In this document: piece by piece, positions 19,203-30,465 of the stretch | How the letters are laid out: each line of letters opens with the position of its first letter | How positions within the stretch are numbered: the stretch's first letter is position 1 | Assembly: GCA_963789955.1 (NCBI GenBank) | Contig: CAWBMV010000034.1 | Location: 992,001-1,056,000, forward strand | DNA length: 64,000 nt | From: an uncultured Candidatus Rokubacteria bacterium | Lineage (GTDB): Bacteria > Methylomirabilota > Methylomirabilia > Rokubacteriales > CSP1-6 | Direction: 5' to 3' | Program-made: the position numbers and the translations under genes | The notes under the pieces: generated by a model | Databases searched by the model: none | Told to the model about the DNA's origin: nothing | The model's input: the letters and a program-made list of their open reading frames with translations, nothing else

Positions 19203-20464
19203 CCCATCGACTGAACCGACGTACGTTCTTGAAAGCAACGGCGGGCAGCGCCGCGGTTCTCGGCTTCCCGCTGCCCCTGCGCGCTCAGCCGAAGACGTTC
19301 AAGATCGGCGCGATTCATCCGGTGACCGGCGCGCTCGCCGAGCCCGGCCAGGCGTGCCGTCTCGGGGCGCAGATGGCCGTCGACGCCATCAACGCGGCCG
19401 GCGGCATCAAGTCCAAGGGTGGCATCCGGCTCGAGCTGATCGTCGGCGATACGCAGACCAAGCCCGAGAACGGCCGCGTCGAGGCCGAGCGCGTGGTGAC
19501 CCAGGGCGCCCAGATGCTGCTGGGCTCCTTCGACTCGGGCAGCACCAACGCGATGGTCTCGGTCGCGCAGCAGCGGCGTGTGCCGTTCCTGATCGACATC
19601 GCCGCCGCCGATCCCATCACCGCGAACGTCGCCGCGTCGGTCAAGAGCGGTCAACAGAAGGTCCAGTACGTCTACCGCAACTTCCCCACCGGGTCGAGCT
19701 TCGGCCGCAAGGCCGTCCAGTACTTCATCGACATCTTCAAGGAAGCCAATGTGTCGCCCAAGCGGGTCGTGCTGATGTACTGCAACGACCTCTTCGGCCA
19801 GAGCCAGGCGCGCGGCTTCCAGGCGGCTCACAAGGCCGCCACTCCCTCGTGGGACATCGTCGAGGTCATCCCGTGGCCGGAGCCGCCGACGGATCTTTCG
19901 ACAGAAGTCTCGAAGGCGAAGGCGGCGAAGCCGGACATCATCGCGCCGATCACGCGTCCGGCGTCGGCGCTGCTGCTGTTCCCGGAGATCCGCAAGCAGC
20001 GGATCGAGATGATGGGCATCGTCGGCCCGGGCAGCCCGGGGATCTACGAGTCCGGTCAGATCGCGCAGCTCAAGGAAGACCTCGAGTACGTGCTGACCAG
20101 CGTGCCCTGGGCGAACTTCAAGAATCCGAAGACGATGACCGTCGCCGACGAGTACCGCAAGCGCTCGGGCGGCAAGACCTTCGACACCAACTCCGGCTAC
20201 TCCTACGACGCCGCGTTCGTCATCGCCGACATCCTCGAGCGCGCGACGTCGCTCGGCGACCCCGACGCGATCGTCGACGCCATGCAGAAGACGAACTACG
20301 CCGGCGGATTGATGCAGTACGGCGGACCGGTCGTCTTCAACGAGGTCGGCGACAACCCCAACGCGATTCCGACCATGATCCAGATCTTGAGCCAGAAGCC
20401 TGTCGCCGTGTGGCCCAAAGACGCGGCGATGCAGAAGTTCGTCTTCCCGCGGCCTCACGCATAA
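19199..20464 (+). CDS. ABC substrate-binding protein (Liv family) with Tat signal
   Basis: NRRTFLK twin-arginine signal; INAAGGI...DTQ motif. Confidence 0.9.
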   Translation: MTHRLNRRTFLKATAGSAAVLGFPLPLRAQPKTFKIGAIHPVTGALAEPGQACRLGAQMAVDAINAAGGIKSKGGIRLELIVGDTQTKPENGRVEAERVVTQGAQMLLGSFDSGSTNAMVSVAQQRRVPFLIDIAAADPITANVAASVKSGQQKVQYVYRNFPTGSSFGRKAVQYFIDIFKEANVSPKRVVLMYCNDLFGQSQARGFQAAHKAATPSWDIVEVIPWPEPPTDLSTEVSKAKAAKPDIIAPITRPASALLLFPEIRKQRIEMMGIVGPGSPGIYESGQIAQLKEDLEYVLTSVPWANFKNPKTMTVADEYRKRSGGKTFDTNSGYSYDAAFVIADILERATSLGDPDAIVDAMQKTNYAGGLMQYGGPVVFNEVGDNPNAIPTMIQILSQKPVAVWPKDAAMQKFVFPRPHA

Positions 20465-20467
20465 GCT

Positions 20468-20640
20468 CCGGCGTCGGAGGGCGGCGAGCGGGCGTGGGAG
20501 GGGTCGGACGGACCACGCGGCGCGCGTGCGCTGCCCCGCGGCGGCTGGGCTCCATCCCGGCGCGCGTCGTCCGCCGCTCGCTTGGAGGGAACGGGTCCGC
20601 TCGACCCCTCCCACGCCCGCTCGCCGCCCTCCGACGCCGG
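20468..20640. repeat. Long inverted repeat (39-bp perfect arms), REP/MITE-like
   Basis: 20468-20506 CCGGCGTCGGAGGGCGGCGAGCGGGCGTGGGAGGGGTCG is the exact reverse complement of 20602-20640; intergenic. Confidence 0.9.
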
Positions 20641-20702
20641 GACAACCCGCAGCGGCGGCACCACCCCATTCCGGCGCGCGAGCCTAGTCACTCGGAGTTG
20701 AC

Positions 20703-21575
20703 GTGGATTTGACGCTTGTGGTGCAGGGGGTGGTTAGCGGGCTTTTGTTTGGGGGCGTCTATAGCCTCATGGCGGTGGGGCTCACGTTGATTTTTGGGGT
20801 GATGCGCGTGGTGAATTTTGCGCACGGGGACATGATGGTGTGGGGCATGTATCTCGCGTACATGTTCGCGACGCGGGCTGGGGTCGATCCGTATCTGAGC
20901 TTCATCGTGTGCGCGGCCGCGCTCTTTGGGCTCGGGGTCCTGGTGCAGCGGGGTCTCGTCGATCGCATCATCGAGGCGCCGCACGAGATGCAGATTCTCT
21001 TGATGCTCGGCGTCGCGCTCGTGCTCGAGAACGTGGCCCTGGTGGCGTTCGGGCCCGAGCCGACGCGCGTCCGGTCGCCGCTGGCATCGGCCACGATCTG
21101 GCTCGGCCCGGTGTTCGTGGACGTCGCGCGGCTCGTCACGTTTCTCGTCGCGGTCGCGCTCACGAGCGCCCTCTGGGTCTTTCTCTTCCGCACCGATCTC
21201 GGCCGCACGATCCGGGCGGCCGCCGACAACACGTACGGCGCGCTCGTCATCGGCACCGACGTACGGCGGGTGTACGCGATCGCCTTCGGGATCGGCGCCG
21301 CGTGCGTGGGCGCCGCCGGCGCGCTGGTCTCGCCGATCCTGCCGTTTCAGCCGCCGACCGGGCTCTCGCTGTCGGTGGCCTCGTTCAACATCGTGATCAT
21401 CGGCGGCATGGGCAGCCTCCTGGGCGCCTTCGTCGGCGGGCTCCTGGTGTCGCTCGCCGAGTCGCTGGGCGCCGTGTTCCTCAAGCCGTCGCTCAAGGAG
21501 CTGTTCAGCTTCTCGCTCCTGATCGTGATCCTCCTCTTCCGGCCCGCCGGCCTCTTCGGTCGCCGCTCGGCATGA
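20703..21575 (+). CDS. ABC permease (LivH-like)
   Basis: GGVYSLMAVGLTLIFGVMRVVNFAHGD, GRTIRAAADN, GGMGS. Confidence 0.93.
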   Translation: MDLTLVVQGVVSGLLFGGVYSLMAVGLTLIFGVMRVVNFAHGDMMVWGMYLAYMFATRAGVDPYLSFIVCAAALFGLGVLVQRGLVDRIIEAPHEMQILLMLGVALVLENVALVAFGPEPTRVRSPLASATIWLGPVFVDVARLVTFLVAVALTSALWVFLFRTDLGRTIRAAADNTYGALVIGTDVRRVYAIAFGIGAACVGAAGALVSPILPFQPPTGLSLSVASFNIVIIGGMGSLLGAFVGGLLVSLAESLGAVFLKPSLKELFSFSLLIVILLFRPAGLFGRRSA

Positions 21576-22524
21576 GGTGGGCGCTCGCCGGAGCCCTCGT
21601 GGCGCTGGTGGCGCTCCCGGCGGTGCTGAGCTCGTACGCGCTCACCCTGTTCATCCTGATCTTCTTCTACGGCTTTCTCGGCCAGGCCTGGAACATCGTC
21701 GGCGGCTACGCCGGCCAGCTCTCGGCCGGCCACGCCGCGTTCGTCGGGGTCGGCGGCTACACCGCGGCGATGCTGTCGATCGAGCTCGGGCTGACGCCGT
21801 GGGTCGGCATGCTCGCGGGCGGCGCGCTCGCGGCGCTGCTCGGCGCGATCATCGGCTATCTCGGCTTTCGCTTCGGGCTGCGCGGCTTCTACTTCGTGCT
21901 CCTCACCGTCGCGTTCGCCGAGATCTGCCGCATCGCCGTCTCGAACATCGACGCGCTCGGCGGCCCGCTCGGTCTCTACATCACGTTCACCGGCAACCCG
22001 CGGCAGTTCCAGTTCCAGGACGGGCGCGTGTACTACTACATCGCGCTGGCGCTCATGCTGGTGGCGACCTTGACCGCGTGGGCCATCGAGCGGCGCCGCT
22101 TCGGCGTCTATCTGGCGGCGATCCGCGAGGACGAGGCGGCCGCCGAGGCGCTCGGCGTGAACGCGTTCAAGTACAAGATGCTGGCGATGGTCGTGTCGTC
22201 GTTTCTCACCGGGCTCGGCGGCACGTTCTACGCGTTCTATCTCTTCTCGCTGCAACCGAACACGCTCTTCGGCATCCCGTTGTCGGTCGAGATCATCATC
22301 CGGCCGATCGTCGGCGGCGCCGGCACGCTCCTGGGGCCGATCGTCGGCTCCTTCATCCTCACGCCCCTGGCCGAGATCTCCCGGCTCTATCTCGGGCAGG
22401 GGGGACTGCACGGCGCGCACCTCATCGCGTACGGCCTGCTCCTGATCGGCGTGGTCCTGTTCCTGCCCGAGGGGGCTTACCCGCGTCTTCGGCGCGCGCT
22501 GGCGCGACGCGCGGGCGGCGCGCG

Positions 22525-22528
<4 letters not shown>
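21572..22528 (+). CDS. ABC permease (LivM-like)
   Basis: AWNIVGGYAGQLSAGH, AIREDEAAAEALG. Confidence 0.92.
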
Positions 22529-23236
<708 letters not shown>

Positions 23237-23259
<23 letters not shown>

Positions 23260-23947
23260 CGGAGTCGAGGCCGGCTACGCCGACCTGACCGCGATCTCGG
23301 GAGTCTCGCTCGAGGTGCGAGACGGCGAGGCCGTCGCATTGATCGGCTCGAACGGCGCCGGCAAGACGACGACCCTGAGAGCGATCAGCGGGCTCCTGCC
23401 GCTGCGCGCCGGACGCATCGAGTTCGAGGGCGCGCGGCTCGACGGGCTGCGCTCGGCCGAGATCGTCGCGCGCGGTATCGCCCACGTGCCGGAGGGCCGC
23501 CAGCTCTTTCCCTCGTTGACCGTGCGCGACAATCTCGAGCTCGGCGCGCGCGCGTCGGACCGCGCGCGACGCGGCGACACGCTCGAGCGCGTCTTCACGC
23601 TGTTCCCGCGGCTGCGGGAGCGCGAGCGCCAGCTGGCCGGGACCTTGTCGGGCGGCGAGCAGCAGATGTGCGCGATCGGCCGCGGGCTCATGGCGCGGCC
23701 GCGGCTCCTGCTGCTCGACGAGCCGAGCCTCGGGCTCGCGCCCGTGATGGTGAAGCTCATCTTCGAGACGCTCCAGCACGTCAACGACACCGGCACCACG
23801 ATCATGCTCGTCGAGCAGAACGTCCCGCGGGCGCTCCAGCTCTCGCATCGAGGCTACGTGCTCGAGAACGGCCGCCTGGCGCTCGAGGGCACGCGCGCGA
23901 GCCTGCTCGCGAGCCCCCACGTGAAGCGCGCCTACCTCGGTCTCTGA
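23237..23947 (+). CDS. ABC ATP-binding protein (LivF-like)
   Basis: GSNGAGKTT, LSGGEQQM, DEPSLGLAP. Confidence 0.93.
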
Positions 23948-23976
23948 CCCGCCGTCCCCGGCCATCGCCGCCCCTC

Positions 23977-24020
23977 TTGACAATGGGCCGGCCCTCGGGC
24001 TATTTCTTAGGGCCTCCTAA
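23977..24020 (+). promoter_or_regulatory. Sigma70-type promoter with a DtxR/IdeR-like palindromic operator
   Basis: Perfect -35 TTGACA at 23977-23982, AT-rich -10-like region at about 24001-24006, then palindrome TTAGG-GCCT-CCTAA at 24007-24020 directly before the hemP ATG. Confidence 0.6.
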
Positions 24021-24021
24021 T

Positions 24022-24234
24022 ATGGACAAGACGGTACACCGAAGCTCCGAGGTTGCGCGACACGACGCGGCGGGCCTGCCCGCGTTCGACGGGCACGCCG
24101 TCGAGCCGGCGGTCGTCCGCCGCGTGGAGAGCGCCGCCCTCTTTCAGCGCGGCCGCGAGGTGATCATCGTTCACCGCGGCCAGGAGTACCGCCTGCGCAT
24201 CACGAAGTCGGACAAGCTGATTCTGACGAAATAG
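24022..24234 (+). CDS. hemP: Hemin uptake protein HemP
   Basis: C-terminus S..LF...REVII.HRGQEYRLRITKSDKLILTK is the HemP signature; heads an iron-uptake operon. Confidence 0.85.
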   Translation: MDKTVHRSSEVARHDAAGLPAFDGHAVEPAVVRRVESAALFQRGREVIIVHRGQEYRLRITKSDKLILTK

Positions 24235-24378
24235 CCAGCCCGCTCGAGGCCTTCACGGCCCGAGCCAGCCAGCCACCGAAGAGCCCGGGCGAGAGAGCCG
24301 GGGTCGTGAACGTCGTCGTCGAGAAGACATCGGAGGATACATGCGCCGTCTGTCGGGTCGTGCGCGGGGAGAAGAGCG

Positions 24379-25005
24379 GTGAGAGGGGTGATCGTGGTGC
24401 TCGCGCGGGGTGGACCCGTCATGATTCCGCTGGCGGCCTGCTCCGTTCTCGCGCTCGCGGTGATCATCGACCGCGCCTGGACGTGGTGGCGCCTGGGCCG
24501 GAGCCGCGACCACGAGATCATCCTGGCGCGCGCGGCCAAGGGCGAGTGGACCGAGGCCTGGAAGCTAGGCGAGGAATCACGCTCGCCCGTCGCGCGCGTG
24601 CTCGCCGCCGGCATCCTGCACCGCAACCCGGCGCCGACCCTGGCGATGGAAGCGGCCGCGCGCCACGAGATCGCGAGACTCAAGCGCTTCCTGCCCGTGC
24701 TCGACACGATCGTCACGCTCTCGCCGCTCCTCGGGTTGCTCGGCACCGTGACGGGCATGATCGCCGCCTTCGGCATCATGGGCCAGTCCGGGATGAACTC
24801 GCCCCACGCCATCACCGGCGGCGTCGCCGAGGCGCTGATCGCCACCGCGGTCGGCCTGGGCATCGCGATCGCCGCGCTGGTGCCGCTCAACTTCTTCAAC
24901 AGCCGAATCGACGCCATGCACGAGACCATCGAGCGCTACGGCTCGCACCTCGAGCTCCTGCTGGCCGAGGCGCCCAAGCGAAGCGCGGAGGCGCACGGCC
25001 CGTGA
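24379..25005 (+). CDS. exbB: MotA/TolQ/ExbB proton channel
   Basis: GG.VMIPL, SPLLGLLGTVTGMI, GGVAEALIATAVGL. Confidence 0.9.
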   Translation: MRGVIVVLARGGPVMIPLAACSVLALAVIIDRAWTWWRLGRSRDHEIILARAAKGEWTEAWKLGEESRSPVARVLAAGILHRNPAPTLAMEAAARHEIARLKRFLPVLDTIVTLSPLLGLLGTVTGMIAAFGIMGQSGMNSPHAITGGVAEALIATAVGLGIAIAALVPLNFFNSRIDAMHETIERYGSHLELLLAEAPKRSAEAHGP

Positions 25006-25415
25006 GGCTGCGCCGCCGGGAGTCGCGCCGGGCGCGAATCGAGATCGTTCCGATGATCGACGTCGTCTTCTTCCTGCTCGTCTTCTTCATGATGGCGAGC
25101 CTCTCGATGGCGGTGTACGCCGGGCTGCCGGTGAACCTGCCCCAGGCCGCGACCGGGCAGGTCGCGGCCTCCGAGACCGCGTCGGTCACGATCGATCACG
25201 ACGGACACGCATACCTGAACCGCGAGCCGGTCGCCATGGCGGATCTCGATCAGCGCGTGCGCCAGCTGCTCCAGGGCAATCCGGCGCTCGCCATCGTCAT
25301 CAACGCCGACGGCGACGCCGCGCATCGCCACGTCGTGGCGGTGCTCGACGCGCTCCGCCTGGCCGGCGTGAGCCGGATGGCCATCGCGGTGACGCCCACA
25401 TCGGAGGCGCGGTGA
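25002..25415 (+). CDS. exbD: Biopolymer transporter ExbD/TolR
   Basis: IEIVPMIDVVFFLLVFFM, VNLP, INAD; GTG at 25002. Confidence 0.9.
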   Translation: MRLRRRESRRARIEIVPMIDVVFFLLVFFMMASLSMAVYAGLPVNLPQAATGQVAASETASVTIDHDGHAYLNREPVAMADLDQRVRQLLQGNPALAIVINADGDAAHRHVVAVLDALRLAGVSRMAIAVTPTSEAR

Positions 25416-26219
25416 TGAGCGAAGCGATCGGAATGGCGCGCGAGGGTAGCCTTGCTGGATGGCCCTTCTGGGCGTCGGTGCTCACGCACATCGTGGGCCT
25501 CGGCGCGGTGTCGGCGGTGGCGGTCACGTCGGCTTCCACGCCTCCGCCTCCGGTGCCCATCGAGCTCGTCAGGCTCGAGCAGCCCGCGCCGCCGGAAGTA
25601 CCCAAGCCGAAGGTCGTCAAGGCGCCGTTGACGAAGCCGATCCTGCATCAACCGACGACCGCGTCCGCACCGGTTTCGTCCGCGCCCGCATCGCTGCTCG
25701 ACGACGCGCCCAGGACCGAGACGCCCGCGCCGCTGCCGGACCCCATCGCGCCCGATCGCCGCTTCCTCGCCTCCGCCGCGCCGAGCATTTCGAGCACGAG
25801 CAACGGCATCCCCGCCGGCGCCGGCGCGCTGTTCGCAACCGGCGATCTTCCGGTGGCCGGGCACGGCTCGAGCGGGGGCCGCGGCGGGGACGGCACCGGC
25901 CAGACGATCGCGTCGACGGGCAGCGGGGCCGGTCTCACCGGAATTTGCGCGGCCCCTCGGCGGCTATCAGACGACGCCGCGCTATCCCGAGTCGGCGCGC
26001 CGCCAGGGCGTCGAGGGCATCGCGACCTTGCGCTTCATCGTGCTCGCGAACGGCCGCGTCGGCCAGATCGCCGTCTCACGCTCCGCCGGACATGTCGATC
26101 TCGATCGCGCCGCGGTGGAAGCCGTGAGGACGTGGCGCTTCGACCCTGCCCGCCGTGGAAAGGAGGCCGTGGCCGTATGGGTCACGCTGCCGGTACGCTT
26201 CGAGCTCCACAACGACTAG
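25412..26219 (+). CDS. tonB: Energy transducer TonB (frameshift near 25945)
   Basis: TM with S...H motif (SVLTH), Pro-rich linker; the C-terminal domain (YPESARRQGVEG...LDRAAVEAVRTWRFDPA...PVRFEL) continues in the next frame. Confidence 0.85.
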
Positions 26220-27043
26220 ACGATCCGCGGCGCCGCCGCCGCGGAAGTCACTGGACCGCTGTCGGCCTTGCGTTCTGCGCGATCGCGAGCGCGACCGGAG
26301 GCGTCGAGCCGGCCGGCGCTCAGACCCTGTGGGACGATCCCGCCTTCGCCCTCTACCGCCAGGCGGTGGAGGCGATGGACCGCAAGGACTACGCGCAGGC
26401 GGCCGATCTCGCCGGTCAGGCGGCGGCGCGCTTTCCGAATCACGTGCTCGCGTACTACCTGACCGGACAAGCGACCGCGGCGCAGGGACGCTGGGCCGAG
26501 GCGGCCGTGGCCTTCGAGAAGGTCGTCGAGCTCTATCCCGCGTCGTTCGCCGGCCAGCGCGACCTGGGCACGTCGTACGATCACCTCGGCCGCACCGACG
26601 ACGCCGTGCGCGCCTGGGACAAGGCGCTCGCGCTTCACGACTCCGACGACGTGCGCGCGAGCCTGGCCTTCTTGCTCGTCAAGGAAGGCCGGCGGCCTCA
26701 GGCGCTGCAGCACCTCGGTGTCCTCGCCGAGCATGGGAGCAAGCGGCCCGAGGTGTGGACGACGATCGCGCGCCTGAGCTACGAGAGCGGCGATCTCAAG
26801 GCCAGCGAGAAGGCCTTCGTGCAGGCCGTGGCGCTCAAGGACGAAGGGCGCACGTGGTTCAACCTCGGCGTGGTCCGCGCGCGTCTGAACGACTCACCCG
26901 GCGCGCTCGACGCCTTCGAGCACGCCGCCCAGCACACCGACACCAAGGAGCAAGCGCAGAAGGAGATCGCGCGGATCCGCGGCGCCGCGAAGCCGACGAC
27001 CACGGAGCGCGTCCCGGTGGAGCGGATCCCGCGCACGCGATGA
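26177..27043 (+). CDS. Exported tetratricopeptide-repeat protein
   Basis: AGGAGG at 26161 then ATG 26177 (start tentative); signal-like segment ending AGA-Q; TPR-type repeats (AYYLTG, WFNLGVV). Confidence 0.75.
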   Translation: MGHAAGTLRAPQRLDDPRRRRRGSHWTAVGLAFCAIASATGGVEPAGAQTLWDDPAFALYRQAVEAMDRKDYAQAADLAGQAAARFPNHVLAYYLTGQATAAQGRWAEAAVAFEKVVELYPASFAGQRDLGTSYDHLGRTDDAVRAWDKALALHDSDDVRASLAFLLVKEGRRPQALQHLGVLAEHGSKRPEVWTTIARLSYESGDLKASEKAFVQAVALKDEGRTWFNLGVVRARLNDSPGALDAFEHAAQHTDTKEQAQKEIARIRGAAKPTTTERVPVERIPRTR

Positions 27044-28284
27044 CCCTTCGCAAGGTCATCTTCTGGCTTCATCTCCTGACCGGAACGATGGCCGGCTCGG
27101 TGATCCTCGTCATGGCGGTGTCCGGCGTGCTGCTCGCCTTCGAGCCGCAGATCGTCGAGTGGTCGGAGCGCGAGCTTCGCGCGGTCCCGGCGCCGGCGGC
27201 CGACGCGAAGCGGGTCGAGCTCGACACGATCGTCGCCGAAGCGCGCCGCGCGCACCCCGAAGGCCGGCCCACCCTGGTGACGGTGCGCGCCGAGCCACGA
27301 TCGAGCGTCCGGGTCGCCTTCGGCCGCGAGGGCGCGCTGTATGTCGATCCCTATACGAGCGCCGCGCTCGGGGCGAGCTCGAAGATCGCCGACGCGCTCC
27401 ACGTCGTCGAGGACTGGCACCGGTGGCTCGGCTCGCGCGAGATCGGCCGGCCCTTCACCGGCGTGTGCAATCTCGCGTTCCTGGGGATGGCGATCAGCGG
27501 CGTCTACCTCTGGTGGCCGCGCCCGATGCGCCGGGGCGCGGTCAAGGCCGTGGCCGTGCCGAGCTTTCGGCTGCGCGGCCGGGCGCGCGACTTCAACTGG
27601 CACAACTCGATCGGGATCTGGTGCGCACCGGTGTTGATCGTGATCACGCTCACCGGCGCCGTCATGTCCTATCAGTGGGCGAACGATCTGCTGTATCGGC
27701 TCACCGGTAACGTCCCGCCGCCGCCGGCCGGTGGTCCGGGCGCCGGCCCACCGGGCGGAAGCCGCCAGGCCCGGCAGAGGAGCGACGCGCCCGCGACGGG
27801 CGAGTCGCGTCAGACGAACCTCGCGGCGGTTCTGGCGCGGGCGGAGCAGCAGGTGCCCGGCTGGGTCGCGATCACCTTGCGCCTGCCGCAGCGTCCGGGC
27901 GCGCCGATCGTGGCGATCGTGCAGGAGCCGCCGGCCTGGCATCCGACGCCGCGCTCCCAGCTGACGCTCGATGCGTCGACCGCCGCCGTGGTCAGCTGGG
28001 AGCCCTTCGCCGCCCAGAATCTCGGTCGTCGTCTGCGCTCGTGGGTGCGGCCGCTCCACACCGGAGAAGCCGCCGGCATCGTCGGCCAGGCCATCGTCGG
28101 CCTCGCGTCCACGGGCGGAGCGTTTCTCGTCTACACCGGCATCGCACTCGCGTGGCGCCGCTTCCGCGGCTGGAGGGGTGCGGCATACCCCGTCGGCGCG
28201 CGGCGCTCGTCATCCGACCATCGCCAGCAAGTTACGGGGTCGACCCGTGCCAGCCAGCCTCGGTCCACTACCCATGGAGGCTAG
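27040..28284 (+). CDS. PepSY-associated TM-helix protein (PiuB-like iron-regulated membrane protein)
   Basis: FWLHLLTG, YVDPYT, WHRWL, SGVYLWWP, WHNSIG, LHTG: conserved His pattern. Confidence 0.88.
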   Translation: MTLRKVIFWLHLLTGTMAGSVILVMAVSGVLLAFEPQIVEWSERELRAVPAPAADAKRVELDTIVAEARRAHPEGRPTLVTVRAEPRSSVRVAFGREGALYVDPYTSAALGASSKIADALHVVEDWHRWLGSREIGRPFTGVCNLAFLGMAISGVYLWWPRPMRRGAVKAVAVPSFRLRGRARDFNWHNSIGIWCAPVLIVITLTGAVMSYQWANDLLYRLTGNVPPPPAGGPGAGPPGGSRQARQRSDAPATGESRQTNLAAVLARAEQQVPGWVAITLRLPQRPGAPIVAIVQEPPAWHPTPRSQLTLDASTAAVVSWEPFAAQNLGRRLRSWVRPLHTGEAAGIVGQAIVGLASTGGAFLVYTGIALAWRRFRGWRGAAYPVGARRSSSDHRQQVTGSTRASQPRSTTHGG

Positions 28285-28286
28285 GC

Positions 28287-30464
28287 ATGCGTCGACTGCG
28301 TCGCTCCGTAGAACGATCATCCGCACGGAAGAAGATTCTCCGGCGGCTCATGGCTCCGACTCTTGGCGTCGGGCTCCTGGTCGCGTCGTCCGCGCCCGTC
28401 TTCGGGCAGGCGACCGACAAGGCGCAGGCGACCGACAAGGACGACGTCAAGATGCCGGGCGTCGACGTCCGCGGCCAGCGGACCAACGGCTACAAGGTCG
28501 ACGAGTCGGCGAATCCGAAGCTCCCTGATTCGCTTCAGGACACGCCGCAGTCCATCACGATCGTGCCGCTCGAGGTGATGCGCGAGCAAGCCGCCTTCAG
28601 CCTGCGCGATGCCCTGCGCAACGTGACCGGCGTCAGCATCGCCGCGGGCGAGGGGGGCGGCGCCCAGGGCGACAACCTCACCCTGCGCGGATTCTCGGCG
28701 CGCAACGACATCTTCGTCGACGGCATCCGTGACTTCGGCCAGTACACCCGGGACACGTTCAACCTCGAGTCGGTCGAGGTCCTCAAGGGCCCGTCGGCCG
28801 TCATGTTCGGGCGCGGCTCCACCGGCGGCGCGATCAACCAGGTCAGCAAGTCGCCGAGCCTCCAGCCGGGTCGCACCTTCTCGCTGACCTCCGGCTACGG
28901 ACCGACGGTGCGGGGCACCGTCGACGTCAACCAGCCGCTCGGCGACACGTCGGCGCTGCGGCTGAACCTGCTCGGCTACTACAACGACGTCGTCGATCGC
29001 GACGAGATCTGGCTGTCGCGCTTCGGTATCGCGCCGGCCTACACCGTCGGGCTCGGAACGCCGACGCAGTTCTCCGCGTACTTCTACTACACGCACGACG
29101 AAGGCACGCCGGACTACGGCTTTCCCTACGTGTTCGGGACCGTGCCGGACGTGCCGCGCGGCAACAACTACGGGCTGGCCAACCAGGACTTCGAGCGCGA
29201 CGACGTCTACATCTTGACCCTGCGGCTCGACCATGCGTTCAGCGACGCGATCAAGATGCGCAACGCGTTGCGCGTCGCGTACTATCATCGCGAAGCCGCC
29301 GTCTCGCCGCCGGCGAACCCGGTCGTGCCGGCCGGTACGCCGCTCTCGCTGATCACGGTCACCCGCGGCCACACCGAGCGCGACGAGCACGACAGCAACT
29401 TCACCGAGCAGACCGACTTCACGTTCCGGTTCGATACCTGGGGGCTCAAGCACACCCTGATCGCGGGCCTCGAGTTCTCCTACGAGGTCTCGGACGTCAC
29501 GCGCTGGGGCTTCACCAACGTCCCCACCACGAACCTGATCTTTCCCGATCCGCTGCGCCCGACCAGCCTGGGCCGGACCACGAACTTCCGCGGCCGGACC
29601 GAGGCGTTCAACTTCGGGGCGTACTTCGTCGATGAGATCGCGATCACCCAGTGGCTGAAGATCATGGGCGGGCTCCGCTTCGACCACTTCGACACCGACT
29701 TCGAGAACAAGTTCCTGCGCCAGGAGTTCTCCCAGATCAACAACGAGTTCAGCCCGCGGGCGGCCCTCGTCGTCCAGCCGACGCCCCAGCAGACCTACTA
29801 CTTCTCCTACGGAACCTCGTTCAACCCGTCGGCCGAAGGGCTGACGCTCGCGATCAACACCACCAGCGCCGAGCCCGAGAAGAACGTGAGCTACGAGCTC
29901 GGCGCCAAGTGGGACCTCTTCGGCGAGCCGGCTCTCGGTCGCCACCGCCGTCTTCCAGATCGACAAGACCAATGCGCGGACGACCGACCCGGCGCTCGGG
30001 GTCATGGTCAACGAGGGTACGCAGCGCGTGCGCGGCTTCGAGGTGTCCGGCGCCGGGACCATCCTGCCCCGCTGGAACATCTTCGCCGGCTACACCTTCC
30101 TCGACACCGAGGTCGTCGACTCCCTCGACGTCGTCACCGGCATACCGGTCGAGGGCAAGGAGATCCCGAACGTCGCCCGGCACACCGCGACCCTGTGGAC
30201 CACGTGGGACATCACGGATCAGTGGCAGGTGGGCGGCGGCGCGTTCTACTCCAGCCGCCGGTTCGCGAACAACATCAACACCAACGAGGTGCCGTGGTAC
30301 GTGCGCGGCGACATCACGGCGCGTATCGACCGGTCAAATCATTCGAGCTGCGTGCCAACATCATCAACGTCTCGGACGAGCGCTACACCGATGGCGTGCA
30401 TCCGTCTCACGCGATCCCGGGGACGGCGCGCACCTACCTGCTCACCGGGACCTGGAGCTTCTGA
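28287..30464 (+). CDS. TonB-dependent siderophore receptor (Fiu/PiuA-like; compensating frameshifts near 29925 and 30322)
   Basis: [34 protein letters not shown]...[11 protein letters not shown]-terminal aromatic residue (WSF). The 29925-30322 segment lies in the 30004 frame. Confidence 0.9.
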   Translation: MRRLRRSVERSSARKKILRRLMAPTLGVGLLVASSAPVFGQATDKAQATDKDDVKMPGVDVRGQRTNGYKVDESANPKLPDSLQDTPQSITIVPLEVMREQAAFSLRDALRNVTGVSIAAGEGGGAQGDNLTLRGFSARNDIFVDGIRDFGQYTRDTFNLESVEVLKGPSAVMFGRGSTGGAINQVSKSPSLQPGRTFSLTSGYGPTVRGTVDVNQPLGDTSALRLNLLGYYNDVVDRDEIWLSRFGIAPAYTVGLGTPTQFSAYFYYTHDEGTPDYGFPYVFGTVPDVPRGNNYGLANQDFERDDVYILTLRLDHAFSDAIKMRNALRVAYYHREAAVSPPANPVVPAGTPLSLITVTRGHTERDEHDSNFTEQTDFTFRFDTWGLKHTLIAGLEFSYEVSDVTRWGFTNVPTTNLIFPDPLRPTSLGRTTNFRGRTEAFNFGAYFVDEIAITQWLKIMGGLRFDHFDTDFENKFLRQEFSQINNEFSPRAALVVQPTPQQTYYFSYGTSFNPSAEGLTLAINTTSAEPEKNVSYELGAKWDLFGEPALGRHRRLPDRQDQCADDRPGARGHGQRGYAARARLRGVRRRDHPAPLEHLRRLHLPRHRGRRLPRRRHRHTGRGQGDPERRPAHRDPVDHVGHHGSVAGGRRRVLLQPPVREQHQHQRGAVVRARRHHGAYRPVKSFELRANIINVSDERYTDGVHPSHAIPGTARTYLLTGTWSF

Positions 30465-30465
30465 C

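Noticed and set aside
25412..27043. Apparent TonB-TPR fusion protein (543 aa)
   Set aside because: Frameshift artefact; the TonB C-terminal domain is in another frame ending at 26219, and the TPR part has its own RBS and ATG.
28406..28440. Tandem duplication GCAGGCGACCGACAAGG ([11 protein letters not shown]) in the receptor N-terminus
   Set aside because: Two in-frame copies in a flexible linker; not an array.
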